Positions 54,794 through 63,810 of a DNA stretch of 64,000 nucleotides are shown here, in pieces. Below the pieces are notes generated by a model. The model had not been told where the DNA came from. It saw nothing but the letters and a program-made list of their open reading frames with translations, and did not search any database. The position numbers and the translations under genes were made by a program. The stretch is from IMG/VR virus record IMGVR_UViG_3300042519_001519, positions 1-64,000 of that record. One strand, given 5' to 3'. Source of the stretch: an uncultured virus (IMG/VR IMGVR_UViG_3300042519_001519). Lineage: Duplodnaviria; Heunggongvirae; Uroviricota; Caudoviricetes. Numbering within the stretch: the first letter of the stretch is position 1; the number at the start of each line of letters is the position of its first letter.

Positions 54794-56464
54794 ATGAATA
54801 ATAAATTTACATTCCACGTATTAGGACTTCCTCATACAATCACTAATAGAGAATTTGTAGCATGTGCTTATACACAAAAGGCTTGGAAATTCTGTAAGAT
54901 GATGGGGGAAAGAGGGCATACTATCTACCATTACGGACATGAGGAGAGCGACGCTCCATATGCGGAAAACGTAACAGTTATCACCAATAAGGTATGGAAA
55001 AAAGTATACGGTACTCATGACTATAAATCTAAATTCTTTAAATATAATGTAGAGGATGAAGCCTATCAAACCTTCTATAAAAATGCTATAAAGGAAATAG
55101 GAAAGAGAAAACAGAAGAATGATTTCATTTTACCATTCTGGGGGTCAGGAGTAAGGCCGGTATGTGACGGACATCCAGATTTAATAACTGTTGAACCAGG
55201 AATAGGCTATGCAGGAGGGCATTGGGCAAATTGGAAAGTATTTGAATCTTATGCAATCTACCATGCATACTACGGACTGATGGGAGTGAATTATTGCGAT
55301 ATGAAAAACTACGAAGTAGTAATTCCAAACTACTTCGACCTCTCTGATTTTGAATTTAGCGATAAAAAAGAAGATTACTTTCTTTATTTAGGAAGAGTCT
55401 TTGACGGAAAAGGAGTTAATATAGCAATCCAGGTTACTGAACACTTAGGGTATAAATTAAAGATAGCAGGACAGATTGACGCCGATGGACCTTATAAGGA
55501 TGGAAAGTTTCCTCCTCATGTAGAGTTTGTAGGGTATGCTGGAACCGAAAAGAGAAAAGAACTGATGAAGAGTGCAAAAGGATGCTTCCTACCTTCACAA
55601 TATGTTGAACCATTTGGAGGAGTTCAAATAGAAAATTTACTATCAGGAACACCAACAATTACCTCAGACTGGGGAGCCTTTGCAGAGAATAATATAAACG
55701 GAGTAACTGGTTACAGATGTAGAACGTTTGATGATTACTTGCAGGCAACTATAAAAATTAACAACGGAGAAATAGATTACAAGACTTGTAGAGAGTATGG
55801 AGAAAAGTTTTCATTAGAGAATGTAGCTCCTATGTACGAAAAATATTTTAAAGATATTTTAAATGTTTATGAAGGAGAAGGATGGTATCAAACAGATATT
55901 CCTAGAGGGAAGACTGATGCTTTCAATTATACAAATATGGAGGAAGAAGAAAAGCCATTTGCAGATAATCTAGCTAAGTGGATTAAAAAGTATTACAATC
56001 CTAAAAAAGTAGTCGATGTAGGTTGCGGGAGTGGGACTTATGTAAGGTCCTTAAGAAAAGAAAAAATTGATGCTATTGGGTACGATATTAACGATGTAGT
56101 AGAAGATCAGGACTTTCTCTTTAAAAAGAGTATCTTTGACCTAAACCATAAATCAGAACTAATTATCTGCCTGGAAGTAGCCGAGCACATAGAGACAGAA
56201 CACAACGACAGTATTGTTGAAAAGTTATACGAAAACCTTAAACCAGGAGGTACTTTAATCTTCACAGCAGCACATCCAGGACAGCAAGGAATAGGTCATA
56301 TAAACTGTCAAACAAAAGACTACTGGTGGGAGAAGTTTGCAGAAAAAGGATTAGTCCGAGATTTAAAAGCAGAGAAGGATTGGGAAGATTATTTTGATCA
56401 AGGAAGAGAGTACATGGGATGGTTCCGTATGAACAAGCTCTTTTTAACTAGAGTAGGATCATAA
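54794..56464 (+). CDS. GT-B (GT4-like) glycosyltransferase fused to a class I SAM methyltransferase
   Basis: YLGRV..GKG, EPFGGVQIE; VVDVGCGSG, CLEVAEHI, LKPGG. Confidence 0.88.
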   Translation: MNNKFTFHVLGLPHTITNREFVACAYTQKAWKFCKMMGERGHTIYHYGHEESDAPYAENVTVITNKVWKKVYGTHDYKSKFFKYNVEDEAYQTFYKNAIKEIGKRKQKNDFILPFWGSGVRPVCDGHPDLITVEPGIGYAGGHWANWKVFESYAIYHAYYGLMGVNYCDMKNYEVVIPNYFDLSDFEFSDKKEDYFLYLGRVFDGKGVNIAIQVTEHLGYKLKIAGQIDADGPYKDGKFPPHVEFVGYAGTEKRKELMKSAKGCFLPSQYVEPFGGVQIENLLSGTPTITSDWGAFAENNINGVTGYRCRTFDDYLQATIKINNGEIDYKTCREYGEKFSLENVAPMYEKYFKDILNVYEGEGWYQTDIPRGKTDAFNYTNMEEEEKPFADNLAKWIKKYYNPKKVVDVGCGSGTYVRSLRKEKIDAIGYDINDVVEDQDFLFKKSIFDLNHKSELIICLEVAEHIETEHNDSIVEKLYENLKPGGTLIFTAAHPGQQGIGHINCQTKDYWWEKFAEKGLVRDLKAEKDWEDYFDQGREYMGWFRMNKLFLTRVGS

Positions 56465-56499
56465 AAAGATATTTCTTATATTTATTAACATATAACAAC

Positions 56500-56529
56500 A
56501 GTGTCGTAGCACCACTTTAAAAACACACC
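56500..56529 (+). promoter_or_regulatory. preQ1-I riboswitch-like aptamer heading the queD/queE operon
   Basis: AGTG-TCGTAGCAC-CACT-TTAAAAACAC between the promoter (56454-56484) and ATG 56532. Confidence 0.7.
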
Positions 56530-56531
56530 TT

Positions 56532-56855
56532 ATGGCAACATATTTTAAGAAGCCTTCCATAGAGAAAGCAGAACAATCGGTTATAATGGATAGAGTTCTA
56601 GAACAAAAAAAGAAAGAACTCTCACCAGGAGATTTCAAAACCTATGCAAACTTTACTACTCAGCAAGAACTGCTTGAAGAAGCAACTAGAAGAAATCTAT
56701 TAGCAATTCCAGATCCAAAACTACATCAACAAATTTCATTTATCAAATCCGGTATAAGAATACTTGGATACTTTCTATTACCTTTTAATCTTTTATTAGG
56801 AGCTGGAGTATTAATTTTAAGTGAAATAGTTGGAATTTACGAAGAATTAGTTTAA
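56532..56855 (+). CDS. Hypothetical protein with a C-terminal hydrophobic hairpin
   Basis: HQQISFIKSGIRILGY...EIVGIYEELV. Confidence 0.6.
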   Translation: MATYFKKPSIEKAEQSVIMDRVLEQKKKELSPGDFKTYANFTTQQELLEEATRRNLLAIPDPKLHQQISFIKSGIRILGYFLLPFNLLLGAGVLILSEIVGIYEELV

Positions 56856-56864
56856 ATTAGAGTT

Positions 56865-57014
56865 ATGAGAGAGGTGAACGATCACGTAAAAGAAGCTTTA
56901 GGTATAAAGCCTAAGAAGAGATTTAAGAAAGACTACACAAAAGCATTTGTATGGATAGGGCTTGCTCTAATCACAATTGCTATATGGACAACAATTTACA
57001 ATTTAATATTTTAA
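56865..57014 (+). CDS. 49-aa membrane peptide (not in the ORF track)
   Basis: Basic N-terminus plus C-terminal TM; fills the gap before queD. Confidence 0.5.
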   Translation: MREVNDHVKEALGIKPKKRFKKDYTKAFVWIGLALITIAIWTTIYNLIF

Positions 57015-57017
57015 CAA

Positions 57018-57479
57018 ATGAAATTTCAAGCAACAAAACTATTTGACGGCTACTCAGCATGCTTTCGACAATGGAAAGCAGAGGGTACACATTGCAGATT
57101 TCTTCACGGCTATGCCGTATCATTCCGAGTATGGTTCGAAGGAGAACTAGACGAAAGAAACTGGGTATGGGACTTCGGAGGAATGAAAAGAGCTAAAGGA
57201 AACATCGAAGGATATTCTCCAAAAGCATTTTTCGATTACCTATTAGATCATACAACTATTGTAGCAGAGGATGATCCTTATATGGATACATTTAAACAAA
57301 TGCATAACGACGGCGTTATACAGTTAAGAATACTTCCTGCTACAGGATGTGAACGATTTGCAGAATACTTACATTTAAAAATCAATACATTTTTACTTGA
57401 AGAAACAAACAGTAGAGTAAGAGCTACTAAGGTAGAAGTTTACGAACATGAAAGGAACTCAGCATCTTATGGTGAGTAA
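57018..57479 (+). CDS. queD: 6-carboxy-5,6,7,8-tetrahydropterin synthase
   Basis: CRFLHGY, WVWDFG, LDH, CE, VYEH..NSA. Confidence 0.9.
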   Translation: MKFQATKLFDGYSACFRQWKAEGTHCRFLHGYAVSFRVWFEGELDERNWVWDFGGMKRAKGNIEGYSPKAFFDYLLDHTTIVAEDDPYMDTFKQMHNDGVIQLRILPATGCERFAEYLHLKINTFLLEETNSRVRATKVEVYEHERNSASYGE

Positions 57480-57596
57480 GCCTAACTTAACAATGGACGA
57501 GTTTCATCAGTACTTACAAAATGTAATAGACTCTAAATTAGATCTAAGACAGAAAGTAGTAGCGGTAGAAAGGTATATAAAACAAATAACAGGAAG

Positions 57597-57791
57597 ATGA
57601 AACTGAGTGAAATAATTTACCTAGCAACAAAAGCATTCGATAAAGGATGGGACTTTGAAACTCTAAAGTACGGAGATGATTTGTATGGAAAGGAAAAATA
57701 TGCTTCTGAAGTATGGGAGTATGTAGAAGAGCTGCAAGAAATAGGAAGAACTGAATTTTACATAAAATATTGTCAATACAATTTATATTAA
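57597..57791 (+). CDS. Hypothetical protein
   Basis: ORF in operon. Confidence 0.5.
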   Translation: MKLSEIIYLATKAFDKGWDFETLKYGDDLYGKEKYASEVWEYVEELQEIGRTEFYIKYCQYNLY

Positions 57792-57792
57792 G

Positions 57793-58566
57793 ATGAAAAG
57801 AATAGAAGATTATAACAAAACACTTCCCATTGTAGAGCTTTATACAGCAGTACAATCAGAAGGAAGTAGAGCAGGTTATCCAACCGTAGTAATCAGAACA
57901 ACAGGCTGTACTCACAGATGTTGGTTTGGTGATGGTGGATGGTGCGATTCTTGGTACACAAGTATACATCCTGAAAAAGGACATATCAGTTTTCAAGATA
58001 TTATTAACATGTATGATGCCAATCCCCACATCACAGAGATGATGCTAACAGGAGGATCACCAACAATGCATCCAGCATTAGTAAACGAATTAACACATTT
58101 TGCACATGAAAGAAATATTTTCATTACGATTGAGACCGAAGGAAGTCATTTTCTTGAGACAGATTACCCAATTAATCTATTATCAATCTCCCCTAAGTTC
58201 AGTAATTCTGTCCCTAAGGTTGGCATTGCAACACCTCAAGGAGACATTACAGATGAGAAAATGATTAAACAGCATAACAAGCTAAGATTAAACTACGATG
58301 CAATATCCAAATCAATCTCTTATCATTCAGACTACCATTTAAAACCGGTATGGGATGGAGAGGATCAAGAAGCATTAAAAGAGATTATGAATTGTATTAA
58401 AATGCTAGACATACCAGAAGATAAAGTATGGTTCATGCCAGCAGGAGATTCAAGAGAAGCTTTATTCAAATCATATCCAAAAATGTTTGATTGGGTTAGA
58501 GATAACGGTTATAGATTGACCTGGAGACCTCACATCATTGCATTTGAAGACCAAAGAGAAGTGTAA
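57793..58566 (+). CDS. queE: 7-carboxy-7-deazaguanine synthase (radical SAM)
   Basis: VQSEG..AG.P, RTTGCTHRC...WCDS, LTGGSP, IETEG, ISPK. Confidence 0.92.
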   Translation: MKRIEDYNKTLPIVELYTAVQSEGSRAGYPTVVIRTTGCTHRCWFGDGGWCDSWYTSIHPEKGHISFQDIINMYDANPHITEMMLTGGSPTMHPALVNELTHFAHERNIFITIETEGSHFLETDYPINLLSISPKFSNSVPKVGIATPQGDITDEKMIKQHNKLRLNYDAISKSISYHSDYHLKPVWDGEDQEALKEIMNCIKMLDIPEDKVWFMPAGDSREALFKSYPKMFDWVRDNGYRLTWRPHIIAFEDQREV

Positions 58567-58567
58567 G

Positions 58568-58759
58568 ATGGCAGTAAAAAGAGCAACAGAGTTTGAAGTA
58601 CTAACAGTATTTCATACACTATGGAAAAGTAGAGGGCTTGAAGCAGCAACAGTAAAAAGACTTTTAAAGGAAGAGTTTGATTTAGAACTAACAGTTCTAG
58701 CAAACGGAGAAATATCAGCACAATCACCAGACGGAAAAACTAAATATACAATTAAATAA
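58568..58759 (+). CDS. Hypothetical protein
   Basis: ATG 1 nt after the queE stop. Confidence 0.5.
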   Translation: MAVKRATEFEVLTVFHTLWKSRGLEAATVKRLLKEEFDLELTVLANGEISAQSPDGKTKYTIK

Positions 58760-58771
58760 AAAAACAAAGTT

Positions 58772-59065
58772 ATGACATTAAAAGATCTAATCGATTTAGC
58801 AGGGGATAGAGAACTATCAAAATCATATCCAAAAGCAGATGGCCTTTACATCTGGGATTATAAGTTACAATTCAATCAAGACCTTAATTTAGAGCTAGTA
58901 TTAATACCAAGTGACTCAGGTAAGACAGGATTTAAAGATAAAGTATCTATCGAAGAATTAGTAAATTACGTATTGGAGTCAACAGATCCAGAAGTATCAG
59001 GAGACGAAGTTATCTCACAACTACAAATTGTAGACGTGGAAGGAATTACAATCGCAAAGGTATAG
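58772..59065 (+). CDS. Hypothetical protein
   Basis: ORF in operon. Confidence 0.55.
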   Translation: MTLKDLIDLAGDRELSKSYPKADGLYIWDYKLQFNQDLNLELVLIPSDSGKTGFKDKVSIEELVNYVLESTDPEVSGDEVISQLQIVDVEGITIAKV

Positions 59066-59066
59066 T

Positions 59067-59651
59067 ATGAAGAAGTTTTTATTATTACTCTTACTTCCGT
59101 TATTAGGGTTTGGACAGTTAAGAGATAGCGTTTATGTAAAGACAGACATATACGAGGTAATGTATTCAGAGACATTAGAGCAACCATTGTGGGTAAAGTA
59201 CCAAGTACTGTGCACTGGAGTAGGAGCATCTAGAAAAGGAATGGATTTCTATAAAGATAAAACAATTCATACCTCAGATGAAAAAGACTATGCATTCAAT
59301 ATCTACGACAAAGGACATTGTGCACCAGCAGCTGACTTTAACTGTACTAGAGAAATGTTATTTAAAACATTCTCATACCTAAACTGTACTCTTCAAAATG
59401 AAAGACTAAATAGAGTTCATTGGAGACTATTAGAAGACTATGAAAGACTTTTAGCCTTTTCAGAAGGACCAGTCAACGTTGAAATAAAAATAGTATTTGA
59501 TAAAAATCCCAGACGAGTTCCGGCAGGTGCAGCTATTCCTACGGCTTTCTATAAGATTATCAAAACTAAGAGTAAGACAATTGCTTTTTACTTTCTAAAT
59601 GAAGCACCAAAGAAAGCAACGTTTGTAGATTATCAAGTAAAAATTAAATAG
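59067..59651 (+). CDS. Secreted DNA/RNA non-specific endonuclease (NucA/EndA-like)
   Basis: Signal peptide (FG/Q); YDKGHCAPAAD, TFSYLN..LQ..LNR..W..LE, IPTAFYK. Confidence 0.9.
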   Translation: MKKFLLLLLLPLLGFGQLRDSVYVKTDIYEVMYSETLEQPLWVKYQVLCTGVGASRKGMDFYKDKTIHTSDEKDYAFNIYDKGHCAPAADFNCTREMLFKTFSYLNCTLQNERLNRVHWRLLEDYERLLAFSEGPVNVEIKIVFDKNPRRVPAGAAIPTAFYKIIKTKSKTIAFYFLNEAPKKATFVDYQVKIK

Positions 59652-59653
59652 TT

Positions 59654-60049
59654 ATGGCACTAAAAATAGGAAATAAAGTTTATTTAAGCTGGGATGATAT
59701 CAACATCTTAGTAGAAGATTTAGCAAATACAATAGCAGCATCAGGAGCAGAGATTAAATCGATAACAGGTATTCAAAGAGGAGGATTAATACCAGCAGTA
59801 ATGATCTCCCACAAGCTCCACATACCTTACGTTAGTAGAATAAATAAAGATACTTTGGTAGTAGATGATATTTGTGATACAGGAGAGACGTTAAAAAATA
59901 CTATTGGAATGTATACTGCAACGCTTCATTACAAACCAACAGCAATCTTTACTCCAGACTTCTACTCAAAAGAAGTAGGAACAGAGTGGATTGTATACCC
60001 TTGGGAAAGAAATGACTCAGAAACTATTCAAGATTATTTGAAAAAATAG
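59654..60049 (+). CDS. Purine phosphoribosyltransferase (Gpt-like)
   Basis: GIQRGGLIPA, LVVDDICDTGET, WIVYPWE. Confidence 0.9.
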   Translation: MALKIGNKVYLSWDDINILVEDLANTIAASGAEIKSITGIQRGGLIPAVMISHKLHIPYVSRINKDTLVVDDICDTGETLKNTIGMYTATLHYKPTAIFTPDFYSKEVGTEWIVYPWERNDSETIQDYLKK

Positions 60050-60087
60050 TTGCAGGATAAAGTAAAAAATGTTATATTAAATAAAAC

Positions 60088-60114
60088 GGAGTCGTAGAAC
60101 CTCCATAAAAACAA
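60088..60114 (+). promoter_or_regulatory. preQ1-I riboswitch-like aptamer upstream of folE
   Basis: GGAG-TCGTAGAAC-CTCC-ATAAAAACAA between the promoter (60050-60080) and ATG 60121. Confidence 0.75.
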
Positions 60115-60120
60115 TCTTAT

Positions 60121-60828
60121 ATGTCAAATAAAAAATTTATCGACGGTACAGAATTAGTACAAGCCGGATTCGCTAATGGTATTTCCTCTCAATTGGCAAA
60201 AAAACAACTAACAGAAGGTCCAGAAGCAAGATTAACTGAAGTAGAAAAGCAACACATCATTGAAGATGCAGCAGAAGCTTTCGGACAATTCCTTTCAGCT
60301 TTAGGATGTGATTGGCAGAATGATCCAAATTCATCTGATACTCCTAAAAGAGTTGCAAAAGCATACGTAAACGATTTATGGGCAGGTCGATTTGAACCAC
60401 TAACAAGAATTACAGCATTCCCTTCTGATGGTTATGATGGAATAGTACAAGAGAGTAATATACCAGTTACCTCAATGTGCTCACATCACCACCAAACAAT
60501 TTCAGGAGAGGTAAGTATAGCTTATGTTCCTTCAGCAGATGGAAAGGTAGTTGGGCTTTCAAAATTAAATCGAATTGTAGAGCAGTTTGCTAGACGTGGA
60601 GCTATTCAAGAGCAGTTAACAGTTGCAATTCATAATGCAGTAGATAAAATCTGTGAAGGTAATCTAGGAGTAGCAGTAGCAATTTCAGCAACACATAACT
60701 GTGTATCGTGTAGAGGGATTAAACATCAGGGAGCTTCAATGCAAACAGCAAAGTTAACAGGGTGTTTCTTAGATGAAGCATCAGCAAGAGCAGAATTCTA
60801 TACAAATATTAAACTTGGAAAAAAATAA
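60121..60828 (+). CDS. folE: GTP cyclohydrolase I
   Basis: DTPKRVAK, SMCSHHH, VGLSKLNR, QEQLT, HNCVSCRG. Confidence 0.96.
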   Translation: MSNKKFIDGTELVQAGFANGISSQLAKKQLTEGPEARLTEVEKQHIIEDAAEAFGQFLSALGCDWQNDPNSSDTPKRVAKAYVNDLWAGRFEPLTRITAFPSDGYDGIVQESNIPVTSMCSHHHQTISGEVSIAYVPSADGKVVGLSKLNRIVEQFARRGAIQEQLTVAIHNAVDKICEGNLGVAVAISATHNCVSCRGIKHQGASMQTAKLTGCFLDEASARAEFYTNIKLGKK

Positions 60829-60843
60829 CTAAAACCAAACATT

Positions 60844-61041
60844 ATGAATTATTGGCAAGTAACTGTGCAATTGGAGCACGAAAATGACCGAGGTCGTATT
60901 CAAAGAGTAAAAGAACTTTATTTAGTAGATGCAATTTCAGCAACAGAAGCTGAAGCAAAGATCTATACAGAGTTCGAAGGAGAGTCTAACTTCGCAGTAG
61001 TAGGAGTTAATCAATCTAAAATTATTAAAGTAATTGAATAA
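60844..61041 (+). CDS. Small protein (DUF4494-like)
   Basis: G.IQRVKELYLVDAISATEAE. Confidence 0.65.
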   Translation: MNYWQVTVQLEHENDRGRIQRVKELYLVDAISATEAEAKIYTEFEGESNFAVVGVNQSKIIKVIE

Positions 61042-61093
61042 TAAGTTGGCTCTTCGGAGCCAATTTCTTATATTAATAAAAAAGTAAAAAGTT

Positions 61094-61606
61094 ATGATTA
61101 CAGATCCAAAAGTACCTTTTATTGATGAGGTAGAGGAATTTAATGCCGTAATGGGTAAACCTAATAACTATGAACCAACTATCCCCGAAAGAAAAGAATG
61201 GGAATTTGTATACAATTTCATCCTTGAGGAATTGGAAGAATATAGAGAAGCTTGCGAAGCAGGAGACATCGTTGAGGTTCTGGATGCTTTGTGCGATATT
61301 ACTTATGTTGCCACTGGGAACGGTACTATGTTACATGGCCTTAAGGATAAGATATGGCCAGCATATCAAGAAGTTCAAGCTTCAAATCTATCAAAAGCTT
61401 GCCAAACAGAAGAAGACGCTAAAGCAACTGTCATTCAGAGATCGAGTGAGCAAGGTGAGGAGTGTCATTACGAAAAAGTTGGAGAGTATTACGTTGTTTA
61501 TAGAACAAGAGATAGAAAAGTAATGAAGAATGTAAATTACTTCCGACCAGATCTTTCTCAGTTTTTTACTCAAGAGCAGTTAAGTAAATTTAATAGAATT
61601 AAATAA
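61094..61606 (+). CDS. MazG-like/all-alpha NTP pyrophosphohydrolase
   Basis: LEELEEY...EVLDALCDITYV...EVQASNLSK...KVMK. Confidence 0.88.
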   Translation: MITDPKVPFIDEVEEFNAVMGKPNNYEPTIPERKEWEFVYNFILEELEEYREACEAGDIVEVLDALCDITYVATGNGTMLHGLKDKIWPAYQEVQASNLSKACQTEEDAKATVIQRSSEQGEECHYEKVGEYYVVYRTRDRKVMKNVNYFRPDLSQFFTQEQLSKFNRIK

Positions 61607-61809
61607 TGCAAGCAGCACTAGACCATTTAGAAAAGCATAAAGTGTTTATTGATACTTTAGGTATAGATATGATTCCTTTATCAGAGGCATATAAAGCAGT
61701 TGAGAAGTCTATCGATAGTCAACTGGCAGAAGTTATGGAAACATTACAAGCACAGTTAGGAGGATTAGTAGAAGATTTACAAGATATAACACCAGAAGAT
61801 AATGATTAA
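61606..61809 (+). CDS. Small acidic hypothetical protein
   Basis: TAATG overlap. Confidence 0.55.
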   Translation: MQAALDHLEKHKVFIDTLGIDMIPLSEAYKAVEKSIDSQLAEVMETLQAQLGGLVEDLQDITPEDND

Positions 61810-62596
61810 GATAGCACACGAATCACCGAAGAGTATCTTTAAAGAAGTACAGAAGTATACTGACTATGATTATGCATTAGTGCATTTATTTGAAGAAGAT
61901 CCAGAATACTTAAAACAGTTTCAAGATGCTAAAGAAGCAGGTAGAGAAATTATTTTAGATAATTCTATCTTTGAATTAGAAGAAGCTTTTGATGCAGAGA
62001 AGTTTGCAGGCTGGGTATTAGAATTAAAGCCAGATTGGTATATAGTTCCGGATGCTTTAGAGGATGCAAAGAAGACTGTACAGCAAATGACAGAATGGAA
62101 TAACAAGTATAAAAATCTTCCAGGAAAGAAAATAGGAGTTGTTCAAGGAAAGACTTACAGTCAAATTAAGACTTGTTATGAGTATATGGATAAGATTGCA
62201 AATGTAGATATGATTGCAATTTCATTCGACTACTCGTACTATACAAATACTATTTCACATCCTAACAAGTATGTTAGTTGGATGCTAGGAAGGGTTAAGC
62301 TACTAGGAGATCTATTGAGAGACGGTGTTATAAACGAAGAGAAGAAGCATCACCTATTGGGATGTGGATTACCTCAAGAGTTTTCTTTCTACTCAGACTA
62401 TAAATGGATCTATTCTTTAGATACTTCTAATCCAGTTGTACATGGTATAAAAGGAGTTGAGTATAGAGCAGATGGATTATGGTCAAAAGAGTCTCAAAAG
62501 TTATTTGAATTAATCAACTACGTACCGGAAGATACGAATATGATTCTTCAGAACATTCATAAATTCAGATGGTTTGCAAATGGACGCAAAGTATAA
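61802..62596 (+). CDS. dpdA: DpdA/TGT-like deazaguanine transglycosylase-fold protein
   Basis: ILDNSIFE, IVPD, GVVQG, HHLLG, SLDTS: TGT barrel motifs; located within the que cluster. Confidence 0.75.
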   Translation: MIKIAHESPKSIFKEVQKYTDYDYALVHLFEEDPEYLKQFQDAKEAGREIILDNSIFELEEAFDAEKFAGWVLELKPDWYIVPDALEDAKKTVQQMTEWNNKYKNLPGKKIGVVQGKTYSQIKTCYEYMDKIANVDMIAISFDYSYYTNTISHPNKYVSWMLGRVKLLGDLLRDGVINEEKKHHLLGCGLPQEFSFYSDYKWIYSLDTSNPVVHGIKGVEYRADGLWSKESQKLFELINYVPEDTNMILQNIHKFRWFANGRKV

Positions 62597-62762
62597 GATA
62601 GGGGAAATGGTTATTATAAATCTCGATAATGAGATTATAGATGCCGAAGTATTTGGAATAGTAGACAGTAATTCAGGAGGAAAACCTTCGTACAGTTTAA
62701 GAGTGAAAGGAAATTTTATCTTTATGAATGAGGATAGAATAATAAGTATATCACATGAATAG
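62580..62762 (+). CDS. Small beta-barrel-like hypothetical protein
   Basis: KYKIGEMV...YSLRV. Confidence 0.45.
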   Translation: MDAKYKIGEMVIINLDNEIIDAEVFGIVDSNSGGKPSYSLRVKGNFIFMNEDRIISISHE

Positions 62763-63282
62763 ACCTTGGATAGCATTCTTTAGTCAAACAGGATCAGAGA
62801 TCGTAGAAGTATCAAAGCTACTAGGAAGATGGCCTGACCTTATTATTACAAACGAAAGACCAGAACATCTTAGAAAGATTCATCCTGCTTTAGAAAATAA
62901 GCACTTAATCTTCGTAGACAATAAGCCTTCAGAAGAAGAACTATTTCCTCTATTGGCTCAGTATGATAATGCTTTAGTAACTCTTCATGGATGGTTAAGG
63001 ATTATGCCACCAGGTATTTGTAATCGATTTGAAATCTATAATGGACATCCAGGACTTATAACTCAGTATCCAGAACTAAAAGGAAAAGATCCTCAGCAAA
63101 AAGCTTTTGACTTAGGATTAGAACATTCTGGATGTGTTATTCATAGAGTAACAGAAGGAGTGGATGAAGGAGCTATACTTTTACAGAGACAAGTTTCTAT
63201 AAAAGGGTTGGAAATAGGAGAATTATTTCATATCTTACATAGTATATCAGTAAGTCTTTGGGTAGACTTTTTAAAAAATTAG
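62755..63282 (+). CDS. PurN-like formyltransferase (probable preQ1 formyltransferase, DpdN-like)
   Basis: FSQTGS, LHGWLRIM, YNGHPGL, GCVIHRVTEGVDEG; no other pur genes nearby, adjacent to dpdA and queF. Confidence 0.8.
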   Translation: MNRPWIAFFSQTGSEIVEVSKLLGRWPDLIITNERPEHLRKIHPALENKHLIFVDNKPSEEELFPLLAQYDNALVTLHGWLRIMPPGICNRFEIYNGHPGLITQYPELKGKDPQQKAFDLGLEHSGCVIHRVTEGVDEGAILLQRQVSIKGLEIGELFHILHSISVSLWVDFLKN

Positions 63283-63284
63283 TT

Positions 63285-63809
63285 ATGAAAAGAATAGCAT
63301 TAGTAGGAGCATCATCAGTAGGGAAGACTACAGTATACGAATTACTTAAAAGTAAATTACCTGAGTATGATTTTATAAATGAATCAACAAGAACGGTTGG
63401 TAGTTATGGATTTCCTATTAATGAAGCAGGAACTTCTGAAACACAGCTTGCTATTTCTTCTTTCCATTTAGAGGCATTATTAGCTACTAAAGATGTAATA
63501 CTTGATAGATGTTATTTAGATCTATTAGTTTATTCTACTTATATGGATAATTTATCCGATAGTGCTTATACATACATCTTAGATACTTGGTTAAGAGTTA
63601 AAGATCAATATACACATTTTATTTATTTCCCTATTGAATTTGCTTCTGTAGATGATGGAGTAAGGAGTGTAAATGAAGGATGGAGAGAAGCAATTGATAA
63701 GCAGTTTGAAATTAACTTAAAGTCAATTAAGTTTGCTGGAGGAGATTACTTAACAGTAACAGGAAGTCCTAATCAAAGAGTTGAACAAATATTAAACTAT
63801 ATAAAATAA
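63285..63809 (+). CDS. P-loop nucleotide kinase-like protein
   Basis: [25 protein letters not shown]. Confidence 0.8.
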   Translation: MKRIALVGASSVGKTTVYELLKSKLPEYDFINESTRTVGSYGFPINEAGTSETQLAISSFHLEALLATKDVILDRCYLDLLVYSTYMDNLSDSAYTYILDTWLRVKDQYTHFIYFPIEFASVDDGVRSVNEGWREAIDKQFEINLKSIKFAGGDYLTVTGSPNQRVEQILNYIK

Positions 63810-63810
63810 A

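Noticed and set aside
62755..63282. De novo purine gene purN as an auxiliary metabolic gene
   Set aside because: No other pur genes; position between the dpdA-like gene and queF favours a base-modification formyltransferase
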